Positions 1 through 9,739 of a stretch of DNA of 64,000 nt are shown in pieces. Made by a program: the position numbers and the translations under genes. The notes under the pieces were generated by a model. That model ran no database searches. It saw nothing but the letters and a program-made list of their open reading frames with translations, and was not told the origin of the DNA. The stretch is from an uncultured bacterium. GTDB lineage: Bacteria > Zixibacteria > MSB-5A5 > CAIYYT01. Numbering within the stretch: position 1 is the first letter of the stretch; each line of letters starts with the position of its first letter. Location of the stretch: assembly GCA_963726455.1 (NCBI GenBank), contig CAVSCK010000004.1, positions 256,001 through 320,000 of the forward strand, given 5' to 3'.

Positions 1-721
1 TATAGGCGACCGCGAGATTGTAGTATGCGCCGGCTTTTCCGCGATCGGCGGCAACGGCACCCTTGTAAGCGGAAATTGCGGCGGTGAATTTCTTCTGAGC
101 GAGCAGCAGGTTGCCATAGTTAAAGAATCCGTCGGCAAACTTGGGATCGATTCGGACAGCTTCCTGATACTCTTTTTCGGCGTTAGGAATATCCGCCTTT
201 TCCTTGTAGGCCTGCGCCAGGAAGAAGTGACTTCGGGAATCGGAGGAGTTGGCCGAATTGTATAACTTGTAGTACTCGATCGCTTTGTCCCAGTTCTTTT
301 GCTCGAGATATGCCTGTCCCAGACCTTTCTGTGAGTCAGCATCACCGGGCTTAAGCTCCAGCGATTTATTCAGCGATGCCGTCGCCAGTAAATACTTCTT
401 GGCGGCCAGTTGAACCATGCCGAGGTTGTAATAGGCCTGCTGGAAATTGGGATCAATGGCGATCGCCTTCTGGAATGCTTCCTCAGCCGGAGCGCCCTTC
501 TTCATTTCCCAGCGGACGGTTCCCAGTTCGTTCCACGCCTCTTTGTACTGTGGATACGCGGTAGTAGCCGCGAGGAAGTTCTTTTCGGCATCGGCGAAGT
601 TCTTGGCCTGTTTGGCCTTGATGCCTGCGTTATAGGATTCCTTCGCGGCGTTGTCCTGCGCAACCAACGTGCTGCAGAAGGCGAGGGTGAGCAGGATGAC
701 GAGAAGCTTTCTAATCTTCAT
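1..721 (-). CDS. Exported tetratricopeptide-repeat protein (partial, runs off window start)
   Basis: Read manually from ATG at 721: MKIRKLLVILLTLAFCSTLVAQDNAAKESYNAGIKAKQAKNFADAEKNFLAATTAYPQYKEAWNELG. Signal peptide followed by repeated TPR-like helices. Not in the ORF track because it has no stop in the window. Confidence 0.8.
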   Translation of the reverse strand, partial: MKIRKLLVILLTLAFCSTLVAQDNAAKESYNAGIKAKQAKNFADAEKNFLAATTAYPQYKEAWNELGTVRWEMKKGAPAEEAFQKAIAIDPNFQQAYYNLGMVQLAAKKYLLATASLNKSLELKPGDADSQKGLGQAYLEQKNWDKAIEYYKLYNSANSSDSRSHFFLAQAYKEKADIPNAEKEYQEAVRIDPKFADGFFNYGNLLLAQKKFTAAISAYKGAVAADRGKAGAYYNLAVAY

Positions 722-830
722 AAGGTTTCCTTTCGCTGTCAATTTGACCGGACTATTCAAAACAATCTTTATCACTTTTAAGTACCACGTTCCTGTTACA
801 CTTAATACCGTTGACGCCGCCGCTTGTTCC

Positions 831-2117
831 CTAGGCCAGAAATTTGAATCTTTTCGTCCAGGCCTTGTAACCGATGTCGGAGCGGGAATGCTTGCCTTCG
901 AACCGGATCTTTTCCGCCACTTCATACGCTCGCGCGACGGCCGATTCCAGATGTTCGTCAACTCCTATAACACCAATTACACGTCCGCCGTTCGTAAGAA
1001 ATTTGCGCGACTCGAACCTCGTCCCCGAGTGGAAGACCAGAGCATCGGAGTCCTTGATGTCCTTAAGTCCATGAATTTCTTTGCCCTTTTCATACTCACC
1101 GGGATATCCTTCCGAGGCCAGTATTACGCAGGCGGCGTAGGCATCCTCCCATTCGAGGATTTCGTCCGCAAGTGTGCCGTCAACTACAGCGCGAAAGATG
1201 ACAGCCAGATCGGTCTTAAGCAGGGGAAGGATTGCCTGGGTTTCGGGGTCGCCGAAGCGGCAATTGAACTCAATGACTTTAGGGCCCTTTTCCGTGATCA
1301 TGAGTCCGGCATAGAGGAGCCCCTTGAAGGGACGTTTTTCTTCGGCCAGACCGGCAACTGCAGGTTCAAGCACAAGATCGAGAATGTCCTTCTGCATCTT
1401 TTCGGAAACAAAAGGCACCGGAGCGTAGGCGCCCATGCCTCCGGTATTGGGACCGGTGTCGCCATCGCCAACGCGTTTGTGATCCTGTGAGGGGATCAGG
1501 GGAAGCACGCTCTTGCCGTCAGTAAAGGCGAACACCGATGCTTCCTCGCCCGTCAGGAAATCCTCTATGACGATTCGTAAGCCGGCGGCGCCAAATTGGC
1601 GTTTCTGCATCATATCGCGAATAGTGCGTTCGGCCTCCTCGAAATTCTGCACTACCGAAACACCCTTCCCGGCAGCGAGGCCGTCGGCCTTGATGACCAT
1701 GGGATAGGCGGAACCCTTGACAAATCGCACGGCTTCCTTCATGTCCTCGAAAACCATGTAGCTTGCCGTGGGTATATGATATTTCCTCATGAACTGCTTG
1801 GCGAAGGCCTTGGACGCCTCGATTTCGGCCGCGAGTTTGGACGGGCCAAAAATCTTAAGCTTCTCGGTTTCGAAGCGGTCAACAATACCGAGCGCCAATG
1901 GAACTTCCGGCCCGACTACCGTCAAGTCAATGGCCTTTTCTTTGGCGAACCGGACCAGATTCTCAATGTCGTCAACCTTGATATTGACCAATTCGGCGTG
2001 GCGGAAAATGCCGGCGTTGCCCGGCGCGGCATAAAGTTTCTCTACCAGAGGGCTCTTGGCAAGTTTCCAGCAGATGGCGTGCTCGCGACCACCCGAACCA
2101 ACAACGAGAATTTTCAT
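831..2117 (-). CDS. purD: Phosphoribosylamine--glycine ligase
   Basis: MKILVVGSGGREHA, KADGLAAGKGV, QDHKR..GPNTGGMGAY and EFNCRFGDPE motifs; full length. Confidence 0.97.
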   Translation of the reverse strand: MKILVVGSGGREHAICWKLAKSPLVEKLYAAPGNAGIFRHAELVNIKVDDIENLVRFAKEKAIDLTVVGPEVPLALGIVDRFETEKLKIFGPSKLAAEIEASKAFAKQFMRKYHIPTASYMVFEDMKEAVRFVKGSAYPMVIKADGLAAGKGVSVVQNFEEAERTIRDMMQKRQFGAAGLRIVIEDFLTGEEASVFAFTDGKSVLPLIPSQDHKRVGDGDTGPNTGGMGAYAPVPFVSEKMQKDILDLVLEPAVAGLAEEKRPFKGLLYAGLMITEKGPKVIEFNCRFGDPETQAILPLLKTDLAVIFRAVVDGTLADEILEWEDAYAACVILASEGYPGEYEKGKEIHGLKDIKDSDALVFHSGTRFESRKFLTNGGRVIGVIGVDEHLESAVARAYEVAEKIRFEGKHSRSDIGYKAWTKRFKFLA

Positions 2118-2256
2118 CAACCGTCCCTAGTCAGAAAGAGTTAACTCAATAAAGTCTACTATTTTAGTCAAAGAGGGGCGCCAACGCAAATTGTTTTTGA
2201 CCAGGACATTGTGGTGGTGGACTGTGACAAAAGCAGGGGATATGGACAAGTTTTTG

Positions 2257-2284
2257 TTGACATGTTTTCGCTGATCCGTATAAT
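2257..2284 (+). promoter_or_regulatory. Sigma70-type promoter
   Basis: TTGACA (2257-2262), 16-nt spacer, TATAAT (2279-2284); both hexamers match consensus, upstream of the 2386 operon. Confidence 0.75.
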
Positions 2285-2385
2285 GGATGCGAATGCTTTA
2301 GGCGGAAAACCGAATCGGCGTCCAGTAGGGCTACGGCGTAGCTGTAACTGGAAAGGTTTTCATTAACCCTTATTTATTGTAGTTT

Positions 2386-2739
2386 ATGTCACCAAGCAAA
2401 ACCATTGTTTGCTGGTCATGCAAACAGTCGGTCGAGATTCCTGAAAAGGTTACCCGCACCGACACCTGTCCAAAATGCGATCAACCGTTGAAATGCTGTT
2501 ACAACTGCCGTTTCTATGATCGCGATGCTTATCATCAATGCACGGAACCGCAAGCGGAATGGGTACGGTACAAAGAAAAAGCAAATTTCTGTGAGTACTT
2601 CACCGCGCGCGTACCGGTCACGGCCGCGCCGCCGCAAGCGCAAGCAACCGCACCTGCTCCCAGGCAGGGTAACGGCAACGGCTCCAAACAACCGAAAGAC
2701 AAACTCAAGTCGGCCTGGGATAGTCTTTTCAAGGAGTAA
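2386..2739 (+). CDS. Cys-rich (zinc-ribbon-like) conserved hypothetical protein
   Basis: CWSC..CPKC..CCYNCRFY..C..ANFCEYF pattern, Pro/Ala/Gln linker, C-terminal AWDSLF. Confidence 0.75.
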   Translation: MSPSKTIVCWSCKQSVEIPEKVTRTDTCPKCDQPLKCCYNCRFYDRDAYHQCTEPQAEWVRYKEKANFCEYFTARVPVTAAPPQAQATAPAPRQGNGNGSKQPKDKLKSAWDSLFKE

Positions 2740-2771
2740 GCACCGCACGTGGGAAAACGACAGAACGAAGC

Positions 2772-4061
2772 ATGAAACGGCTGTTGTTCTTATTTGAGGA
2801 TGATCGCGCGGACGACTTCTATCCGCTCAGTCTGTCGCATAGCGTCGCGGAATTGCAGTGCGGCATTCTGTCCCTGGGTGACAAATGGTCGGCACGGATC
2901 GATAGCGATGAGGTGCGGCTGATCACGCGGCCGGCATTACAGGCATATCTCACCGAGAATCTGCAGCGGCCGGTAAATTTCTTCGATAACGTTGACGCCG
3001 AACAAATAATCTTTGCGAATCCCCGCTTCCAGCCAACAGAAGAGGCCGTTGAAGCGATTGAATCCGAAACAAAAGAGCGGGCGTTTGCTTGCGGCGGGAT
3101 GCTGGTAGCCATCACCTGCACAACGGGGAGCAGAATCTGGGAGTCATTGAAGGTGGCTAAGACCGGAGATTACTACCACATTCTGGCGGAATGGGCAAAG
3201 GGGCTTAATCAAATTGAACTAAAGCTAAAATCAGTGCGCTATTTGTGGGACATCGTTCATCGCAACTCCAACGAGATCGAGCTCGACTTCGATTTGTTGG
3301 TTCCGGAACTGGACTTTTCGCAAGTGTTCGAAGGATCGGAGATTGATGATGACGCGCTGATCTATAACCTCGACGATGTATACATCGGCAAGGGAACCCA
3401 AATCGACGGGCAGGTCGTAATTGACGCTCGGCCAGGGGCCGTCTATATCGGTGAGAAGGTCTCGATCTTTCCGCATACACGCGTGGAAGGCCCGGCCTAT
3501 ATCGGCGACTACTGCCAACTGGTCGGCGGCAAGATACGCACCGGATGTTCATTCGGGCCAAACTGCCGCATCGGCGGCGAGGTGGAAGAGTCGATCTTCA
3601 TGGGATACTCCAACAAGTACCACGACGGATTTATCGGCCATTCCTATATTGGTGAGTGGGTGAACCTCGGCGCGCTGACAACTAATTCCGATCTCAAGAA
3701 CAACTACGGCAATATCAAAGTTGAAATGCCGACAGGACTGATCGACTCCGGCCTCAACAAAGTCGGCAGCATGATCGGCGACCACACCAAGACCGGCATC
3801 GGCACATTGCTGACGACCGGCATGGTGCTCGGTTTCGCTACTAACTTGTTTGGTGGTGGGTTGGCGGGTGGCAGGGCGTTGCCATCATTTACGTGGGGCG
3901 GACGCGACGGCTTCGTGGAGCACCGCGTGGAGGATGCGATCGAAACGGCGAAAGTTGTGATGTCGCGACGCGGGAGAAAGTTCGGTGCGGTGGAGGAAGA
4001 GTTGTTCAGGCAGGTGTTTGAGCAGTCGCAGTCTCTTCGTCAACAACAATTGAGCAAGTGA
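2772..4061 (+). CDS. GlmU-like putative sugar nucleotidyltransferase with left-handed beta-helix
   Basis: N-terminal FYPLSLSHSVAELQCGI; hexapeptide region with YSNKYHDGFIGHSYIGEWVNLGALTTNSDLKNNY. Confidence 0.85.
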   Translation: MKRLLFLFEDDRADDFYPLSLSHSVAELQCGILSLGDKWSARIDSDEVRLITRPALQAYLTENLQRPVNFFDNVDAEQIIFANPRFQPTEEAVEAIESETKERAFACGGMLVAITCTTGSRIWESLKVAKTGDYYHILAEWAKGLNQIELKLKSVRYLWDIVHRNSNEIELDFDLLVPELDFSQVFEGSEIDDDALIYNLDDVYIGKGTQIDGQVVIDARPGAVYIGEKVSIFPHTRVEGPAYIGDYCQLVGGKIRTGCSFGPNCRIGGEVEESIFMGYSNKYHDGFIGHSYIGEWVNLGALTTNSDLKNNYGNIKVEMPTGLIDSGLNKVGSMIGDHTKTGIGTLLTTGMVLGFATNLFGGGLAGGRALPSFTWGGRDGFVEHRVEDAIETAKVVMSRRGRKFGAVEEELFRQVFEQSQSLRQQQLSK

Positions 4062-4232
4062 AGATCACCTCGTCTTTAGCATGCTAGATCCGGTTAATCT
4101 GTCAAAAACAAAGGATTTGACCTGCTGTCAAGAGCAGAGTATGTTCCTGAGGTTGGATTGGGGGATTGTGAGCCGATAATATCATGTGTGTCACAAACCT
4201 AGGAATTCAAACCCGTTCGCGAGGGTAACACA

Positions 4233-5234
4233 TTGCCAGAACTGCGTAAGGATCCGATTGTTGGCCGCTGGGTGATCATTTCTACGGAAAGAGGCAAACG
4301 CCCCAGCGATTTTACCGGCACTGAAAAGCGAAAAGAACCACGTTCCTGCCCGTTTTGTCCCGGCAATGAGTCCATGACGCCTCCGGAAATCTTCTCGGTG
4401 CGCGACGCCGGCACGCGGCCCAATACGCCGGGCTGGCAGTTGAGGGTGATATCGAATAAGTACCCGGCACTTAAGATCGAGGGCGACCTCAATCGCGAGG
4501 GCGAAGGAATGTTCGACCGGATGAATGGCATCGGCGCGCACGAAGTGGTGATTGAGACGCCGGACCATTACAAGGACTTGGTCGATCTCGAGGTGAATGA
4601 AATCACACAGGTAATGCTGGCCAAACGTGACCGCATCGAAGATCTCAAGCGGGACATGCGATTCAAGTACGTGATGGTGTTCAAGAATCAGGGTGAAGCG
4701 GCGGGAGCTTCGCTGGAGCACTCACATTCGCAGTTGATCGCCACGCCGGTCATTCCCAAGCGGGTACAGGAAGAAATCGAGGGGAGCCAGAAGTATTTCA
4801 ACTACAAGGAACGTTGCGTTTTTTGCGATATCGTCAGGCAGGAACTCGGCGCTGGTACGCGCGTCGTAGCGGAATCGGACGAATTTGTGGCCGTCGCTCC
4901 CTTTGCGCCAAGATTTCCGTTCGAGACCTGGTTGCTACCGAAGAAGCACGAAAGCAATTTCCTGAATGTATCAAATCGTCTGCTTGAAGAATATTCGCGG
5001 CTGCTTAAGTCCGTACTGGGCAAGTTGAAGGCCGCGCTGTCCAATCCTCCCTACAACTATGTGCTGCATACCGACACGCTAAGTACAATCGCCCGCGATC
5101 AATACCACTGGCATTTGGAAATCATTCCCAAGTTGAGCCGCGTCGCCGGCTTTGAATGGGGCACCGGATTCTACATCAATCCCGTTTCTCCGGAGGATGC
5201 TGCGGCCTATCTGCGTGAGGTCGAAGTCAAGTAA
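4233..5234 (+). CDS. galT: Galactose-1-phosphate uridylyltransferase family (GalT / ADP-glucose phosphorylase-like)
   Basis: TTG start; ELRKDP..RGKRP, CPFCPGNE, GASLEHSHSQ catalytic HxHxQ motif, HWHLEIIP, AGFEWGTG. Confidence 0.9.
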   Translation: MPELRKDPIVGRWVIISTERGKRPSDFTGTEKRKEPRSCPFCPGNESMTPPEIFSVRDAGTRPNTPGWQLRVISNKYPALKIEGDLNREGEGMFDRMNGIGAHEVVIETPDHYKDLVDLEVNEITQVMLAKRDRIEDLKRDMRFKYVMVFKNQGEAAGASLEHSHSQLIATPVIPKRVQEEIEGSQKYFNYKERCVFCDIVRQELGAGTRVVAESDEFVAVAPFAPRFPFETWLLPKKHESNFLNVSNRLLEEYSRLLKSVLGKLKAALSNPPYNYVLHTDTLSTIARDQYHWHLEIIPKLSRVAGFEWGTGFYINPVSPEDAAAYLREVEVK

Positions 5235-5267
5235 GAGATAGTTATAACCCAGGGAAGGGTTTGCAAT

Positions 5268-6756
5268 ATGAAAAAGCTCAATATCGTATACGTCGCCAGC
5301 GAGGTGACGCCATACTCTAAAACCGGTGGACTGGCCGATGTGGCAGGCGCATTGCCGCAGGAACTAGCTGCTCTCAAGAACAAGGTTGCCGTATTTTCGC
5401 CGCGATATTCCTCAGTCGACAGAAGCAAATTCAATCTGACCGAAGTCAAGGAAATTGGCTCACCGGCAGTCACGGTTGGTGGCCGGGAATACAAGTTCAG
5501 TCTGTGGAAACGCAATGATAAGACTCCGGGGCTGGAGACATATTTCATCGACAACGCGGAGTTGTTCGGCAGAAACGGCCTCTATCAGGATCCGGTAACT
5601 GTCAAAGATTATCCCGACAATGATATTCGATTTGTGATGTTTGCCAAAGCCGTGCTGCACTCATTGCAGAAATTGGGCTTCCAACCAGACATCATCAATG
5701 CTAACGACTGGCAGAGTTCAATGATCGTGGCGTATCTCAAAACCACCGAAAAGGGCAATTCATTTTTCGCCGGCACCCGGACAGTCATCACAATTCACAA
5801 TGTTGCCTATCAGGGTTTGTTTCCAGCCGAGCGATTCGATGTGCTGGGCGTTGATCGTTCGCTGCTCTATCCGATGTCGCCATTCGAATTCTGGGGCAAA
5901 GTCAATCTGCTGAAGGCCGGGATCGTCTACGCGGACGTGGTCAACACGGTGAGCAAGACTTACGCCGAAGAGATACAAACTACGGACGAATTCGGTTACG
6001 GCTTGGAAGGTGTGTTGCGCGATCGTCGCCGGGACTTGTTCGGAGTGGTAAACGGTGTCGACTACGATCTCTGGTCGCCCGAGCAAGACAAGTTGATCGC
6101 AAAGCAATTTGATCCTGAGACGTTGGACGATAAAGCCGCCAACAAGCAGAAACTGCTGCTGGTTTCCAAGTTGAGCAAAGACAGACTGGACAAACCGCTA
6201 ATCGGCGTAATCAGCCGACTGGCGCCTCAAAAAGGTTTCGATCTTATTGAGGAGATAGCTGCAGAAATTGTTTGCGCTCGATTTTACTTTTGTGCTGCTC
6301 GGTACAGGTGACAAGGTTTATCATAAGCTGTTCGAGAATTTGCAGGCGAAGTATCCTGACCGTATCAAAGCCAATCTGCTGTTCGACAATACGCTGGCGC
6401 ATCAGATAGAGGCAGGCGCCGATATGTTCCTGATGCCCTCCCGCTACGAACCGTGCGGACTGAACCAGCTTTACAGTCTCAAGTACGGCACCGTGCCGAT
6501 TGCCCGCAAAACCGGCGGGTTGGCAGATACGATCTTCGACGAAAGGACCAACAAGGGCAAGGGGACAGGGTTCTTGTTCGAGGAATATAAAGGGGCAGCG
6601 CTCTTGGAGTGTATCGAAACAGCACTGGAATTTTATCGCAACAAACGCAGTTGGAAATCGTTAATGAAGCGCGGCATGAAGAAAGACTTCTCCTGGAAGA
6701 AATCTGCGAAAGAGTACCTCGCGCTATATGAGCGCGCACTCGCGGGCGGGAAGTAA
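5268..6756 (+). CDS. glgA: Glycogen synthase, split by one apparent +1 frameshift near 6265
   Basis: KTGGLADV motif in 5268-6311 and PSRYEPCGLNQ motif in 6268-6756. Removing one A from GCAGAAATTGTTT gives a continuous ..IAAELFALDFTFVLLG.. Confidence 0.9.
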
Positions 6757-6868
6757 GTCCTGGATGCCGATAGGGGGGGCAGCGAAACAAGTTCGACCGC
6801 TGCCAGAGCACTTGTCGTTCCAAAGGTCTCAATAATCTGAAATATGCAAAATCTCGATGGGAGGATTT

Positions 6869-8818
6869 ATGGTCTTTAACCAGTACTACTATATAGCGCT
6901 GGGCGTAGTCGCCTTCTTCATAGTCTTCATATTGCCGTCTATCCGCAATATCGGGCAGACCGAAGTGGGCTTGGTGTACAAGCGCTTTTCGAGCAAGAAA
7001 CTTTCGGAAGGAAATCCGATTGCATTCCGAGGCGAGGCGGGATACCAGGCCGAACTACTAATGCCGGGATTTCGGTTCAAATTCTGGGTGCTGTACGGAG
7101 TTCGCAAGTATCCATGGGTTCAGGTACCGGCCGGCGAAATTGGAGTGGTCATCGCGCAGATAGGACAGCCATTGCCCGTCGGCGCCAAATCGGCAATCTA
7201 CAAAGAGGAGTTTGGCAATTTCTCTGACGTTACGAAGTTTGTAACTGCCGGAGGACAGAAGGGCGTGCAACGTCCGGTGTTGCCTCCGGGATCATTGGTA
7301 CCTATCCACCCGGTGGCCTTTCTCGTAATCAACAAAGCGAAAGTGTTCGGCATGCCGGTCGACCCTGATATCCTGCGGAGGGTCAGCCGCGACGAGCGTT
7401 CACTCACACCGACATCTTTCGGGTTGACGCCGCAACAGTTGGAAGTCGTCAGAATCGAACCGAGTCCCTTTGGCGAAAAGGAAGAGGCGGTTGACACCGT
7501 CGGAGTGGTGACAACGTATGAAGGTCCGCCACTGGAAGCCGGTGACATCGCCTGTCGGCTGGGCGGCTTTGAAGATCTGCAAGAGATGGAGCGGCAGGGC
7601 AAAACCGACGCCGACATCATGGAGATTATTCTGGCCAGCAAGAATAATATCCATAACAACTTTCAAGACTTTCAGAAATTTCTCGATTCAGGCGGCAAGA
7701 TCGGCTTGCAGCATGACGTGCTACTTTATGGCGCCTACAACCTGAACCCGTTTCTGGTCAGGGTTGAACTGGTGCCGATGCTGATTATCGAGCAGGGCGA
7801 GGTCGCGGTCATCAAGTCATATGTGGGGCTGGCAACGCAGGACACGTCGGGCTCGACGTTCAAATATGGTTCATTGGTCAGACCGGGACACCGCGGCGTT
7901 TGGCAGGAACCGTTCCGAACCGGCAAGTACGCGATCAATCCGCGCATATATAATCCAGAGATCGTGCCGACGGCGATCCTGACACTGAATTGGGCGGATG
8001 CAACGTCGAAGGCGCATAATCTCGACCGCGAGTTGCGACAGATTGTAGCGAAGTCGCGCGAGGGCTTTATATTCAACATAGATCTGCAGGTGCAGATCCA
8101 TGTTCCGGATACGCTGGCGCCGCGCGTGATTTCGATGGTCGGAACCATGCAAAATCTCGTGAACGAAGTATTGCAGGCGGCGGTCGGCAATCATTTCCGC
8201 GACAAACTGCAGAGTATGCCGGCGGTAGTATTCATTGAGACACGCGGCGAAGTGCAGGCGAAGGCGCTCGAGTTGATAACCGAGAAACTGTCGGTCTATC
8301 AGGTAGAAACGAAGGGAGTCTACATTCAGGATGTAGTCTTCCCGCAAGAACTGGTAAAGGTCTTGACGACGCGCGAAATTGCGAATCAGGAGATCGAAAC
8401 CTACAAGAAAGAGAGAGCCGCACAGGATCAGCGCATCGAGATGGAAGCCGCGCGCGGCACCGCTGATATGCAAAAGGATCTGGCGGCTGCGAGAGTCGGC
8501 GTGGATATTCAGAAGAATAATGCCGAAGCGCGCAAGGCACAGGCGGATGGTGAGGCAACGTATTTGGAAAAAGTTGGTTTGGCAAAAGGCGCCGAACCGC
8601 GCTCGGTGGGATTGGCCAATGCCGAGGCCTATTCCAAACAAGTGCAAGCTCTCGGTATGCAGGGTACGATGTGGGTCAACATCGCTAATGCGCTGTCCAA
8701 GGGCCAACAGCCGTTCATGCCGAATATTCTGGTAGCCGGCAGCGGCGGCAACGCTATTGAGGCGCTTGCCGCAGCACTGACCGGCAAGGTCTCGCAACCA
8801 GAGAAATCAGCGAAATAG
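6869..8818 (+). CDS. SPFH/band-7 (flotillin-like) membrane protein
   Basis: N-terminal TM helix, repeated GxQ..L.PG.Y units, SPFH core (SREGFIFNIDLQVQIH), C-terminal Ala/Glu coiled coil; GGAGG SD before ATG 6869. Confidence 0.85.
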   Translation: MVFNQYYYIALGVVAFFIVFILPSIRNIGQTEVGLVYKRFSSKKLSEGNPIAFRGEAGYQAELLMPGFRFKFWVLYGVRKYPWVQVPAGEIGVVIAQIGQPLPVGAKSAIYKEEFGNFSDVTKFVTAGGQKGVQRPVLPPGSLVPIHPVAFLVINKAKVFGMPVDPDILRRVSRDERSLTPTSFGLTPQQLEVVRIEPSPFGEKEEAVDTVGVVTTYEGPPLEAGDIACRLGGFEDLQEMERQGKTDADIMEIILASKNNIHNNFQDFQKFLDSGGKIGLQHDVLLYGAYNLNPFLVRVELVPMLIIEQGEVAVIKSYVGLATQDTSGSTFKYGSLVRPGHRGVWQEPFRTGKYAINPRIYNPEIVPTAILTLNWADATSKAHNLDRELRQIVAKSREGFIFNIDLQVQIHVPDTLAPRVISMVGTMQNLVNEVLQAAVGNHFRDKLQSMPAVVFIETRGEVQAKALELITEKLSVYQVETKGVYIQDVVFPQELVKVLTTREIANQEIETYKKERAAQDQRIEMEAARGTADMQKDLAAARVGVDIQKNNAEARKAQADGEATYLEKVGLAKGAEPRSVGLANAEAYSKQVQALGMQGTMWVNIANALSKGQQPFMPNILVAGSGGNAIEALAAALTGKVSQPEKSAK

Positions 8819-8831
8819 CACCGATAAATCA

Positions 8832-8869
8832 GCTTGCAGGGATAACCAGATGAGGTTGTCCCTGTGAGC
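8832..8869 (+). terminator. Stem-loop after SPFH gene (probable terminator or mRNA stabiliser)
   Basis: GCTTGCAGGGATAACC-AGATGA-GGTTGTCCCTGTGAGC, 16-bp stem with G-U pairs, weak U-tract. Confidence 0.5.
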
Positions 8870-8895
8870 AACTTATTTCCCTAACATCCGATACC

Positions 8896-9573
8896 ATGAT
8901 GAAAGGAATCGCAGTGGAACCGTACGTGACAACGAATTCGATTTCGGAAAAGGCAAAGGTTTGGCTGGAAACGATCGCTCCATTCAATACTCACAAAATG
9001 GAACTCAAGAAGGGCAAATCCGCGCTCCTGGTTATCGATATGCAGGAGTTCTTCCTTGATCCAACGTCGCCGACATTCACTTGCGGCGGGCTGGCGATTC
9101 TGCCGAACGTCAAGCGGCTAGTCGACGCGTTCAGGAAGGCCGGTCGCCCAGTGATTTACACCAAGCATGTACATCACCCTGAGGGCTTTGATGCCGGTAT
9201 CATGAAATGGTGGTGGCCCGGAATGTGCCTGGAGGGCAGTCCCGAGAGCGAGGTTCACCGCGAGTTGGCGCCGCTTGACTCCGAAAAGGTTATTAACAAG
9301 CACCGTTACTCGTCTTTTTACAATACTGACCTGGAAACGGTGCTTCGCTGCCTGAAGGTGGAGGATGTGGTCATTTCCGGTATCATGACCAATATGTGTT
9401 GCGAGTCGACGGCGCGGGATGCCTACTATCGCGACTACCGCGTGTACTTTCTGGCCGATGGAACGGGAAGCATCACCGAAGCAATGCATGTTGCCAGTCT
9501 CCTGAATCTGGCGTTCGGGTTTGCTTATGTGTCGAAGACTGAGGACGTGATCAGGCAATTGCAGGATCAATGA
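8896..9573 (+). CDS. Cysteine hydrolase (isochorismatase family)
   Basis: LLVIDMQ, NKHRYSSF and GIMTNMCCESTARDA carry the Asp-Lys-Cys triad; start may be GTG 8914. Confidence 0.9.
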   Translation: MMKGIAVEPYVTTNSISEKAKVWLETIAPFNTHKMELKKGKSALLVIDMQEFFLDPTSPTFTCGGLAILPNVKRLVDAFRKAGRPVIYTKHVHHPEGFDAGIMKWWWPGMCLEGSPESEVHRELAPLDSEKVINKHRYSSFYNTDLETVLRCLKVEDVVISGIMTNMCCESTARDAYYRDYRVYFLADGTGSITEAMHVASLLNLAFGFAYVSKTEDVIRQLQDQ

Positions 9574-9739
9574 TGACACGAAACATCGAACGAATAGCAG
9601 TTTTTGCTTGACAGACTGATCCTTATTCTCTTATTTTGCTGTTGTCGTAGATACATACAATTCGTTTCGCAAACAAGTGACAGCCGGCCTTCGGATTTGG
9701 CTGTTGGCGTACTTTAATCTGTTCTCAGCAGGAGGGTGT

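Noticed and set aside
651-1490. 279-aa + strand ORF
   Set aside because: Antisense shadow of purD and the TPR gene; no recognisable motifs
7871-8797. 308-aa - strand ORF (and similar long antisense ORFs at 26454-27041, 27279-27992, 50435-51181, 57482-58285)
   Set aside because: Each lies wholly opposite a well-supported gene; expected codon-bias shadows
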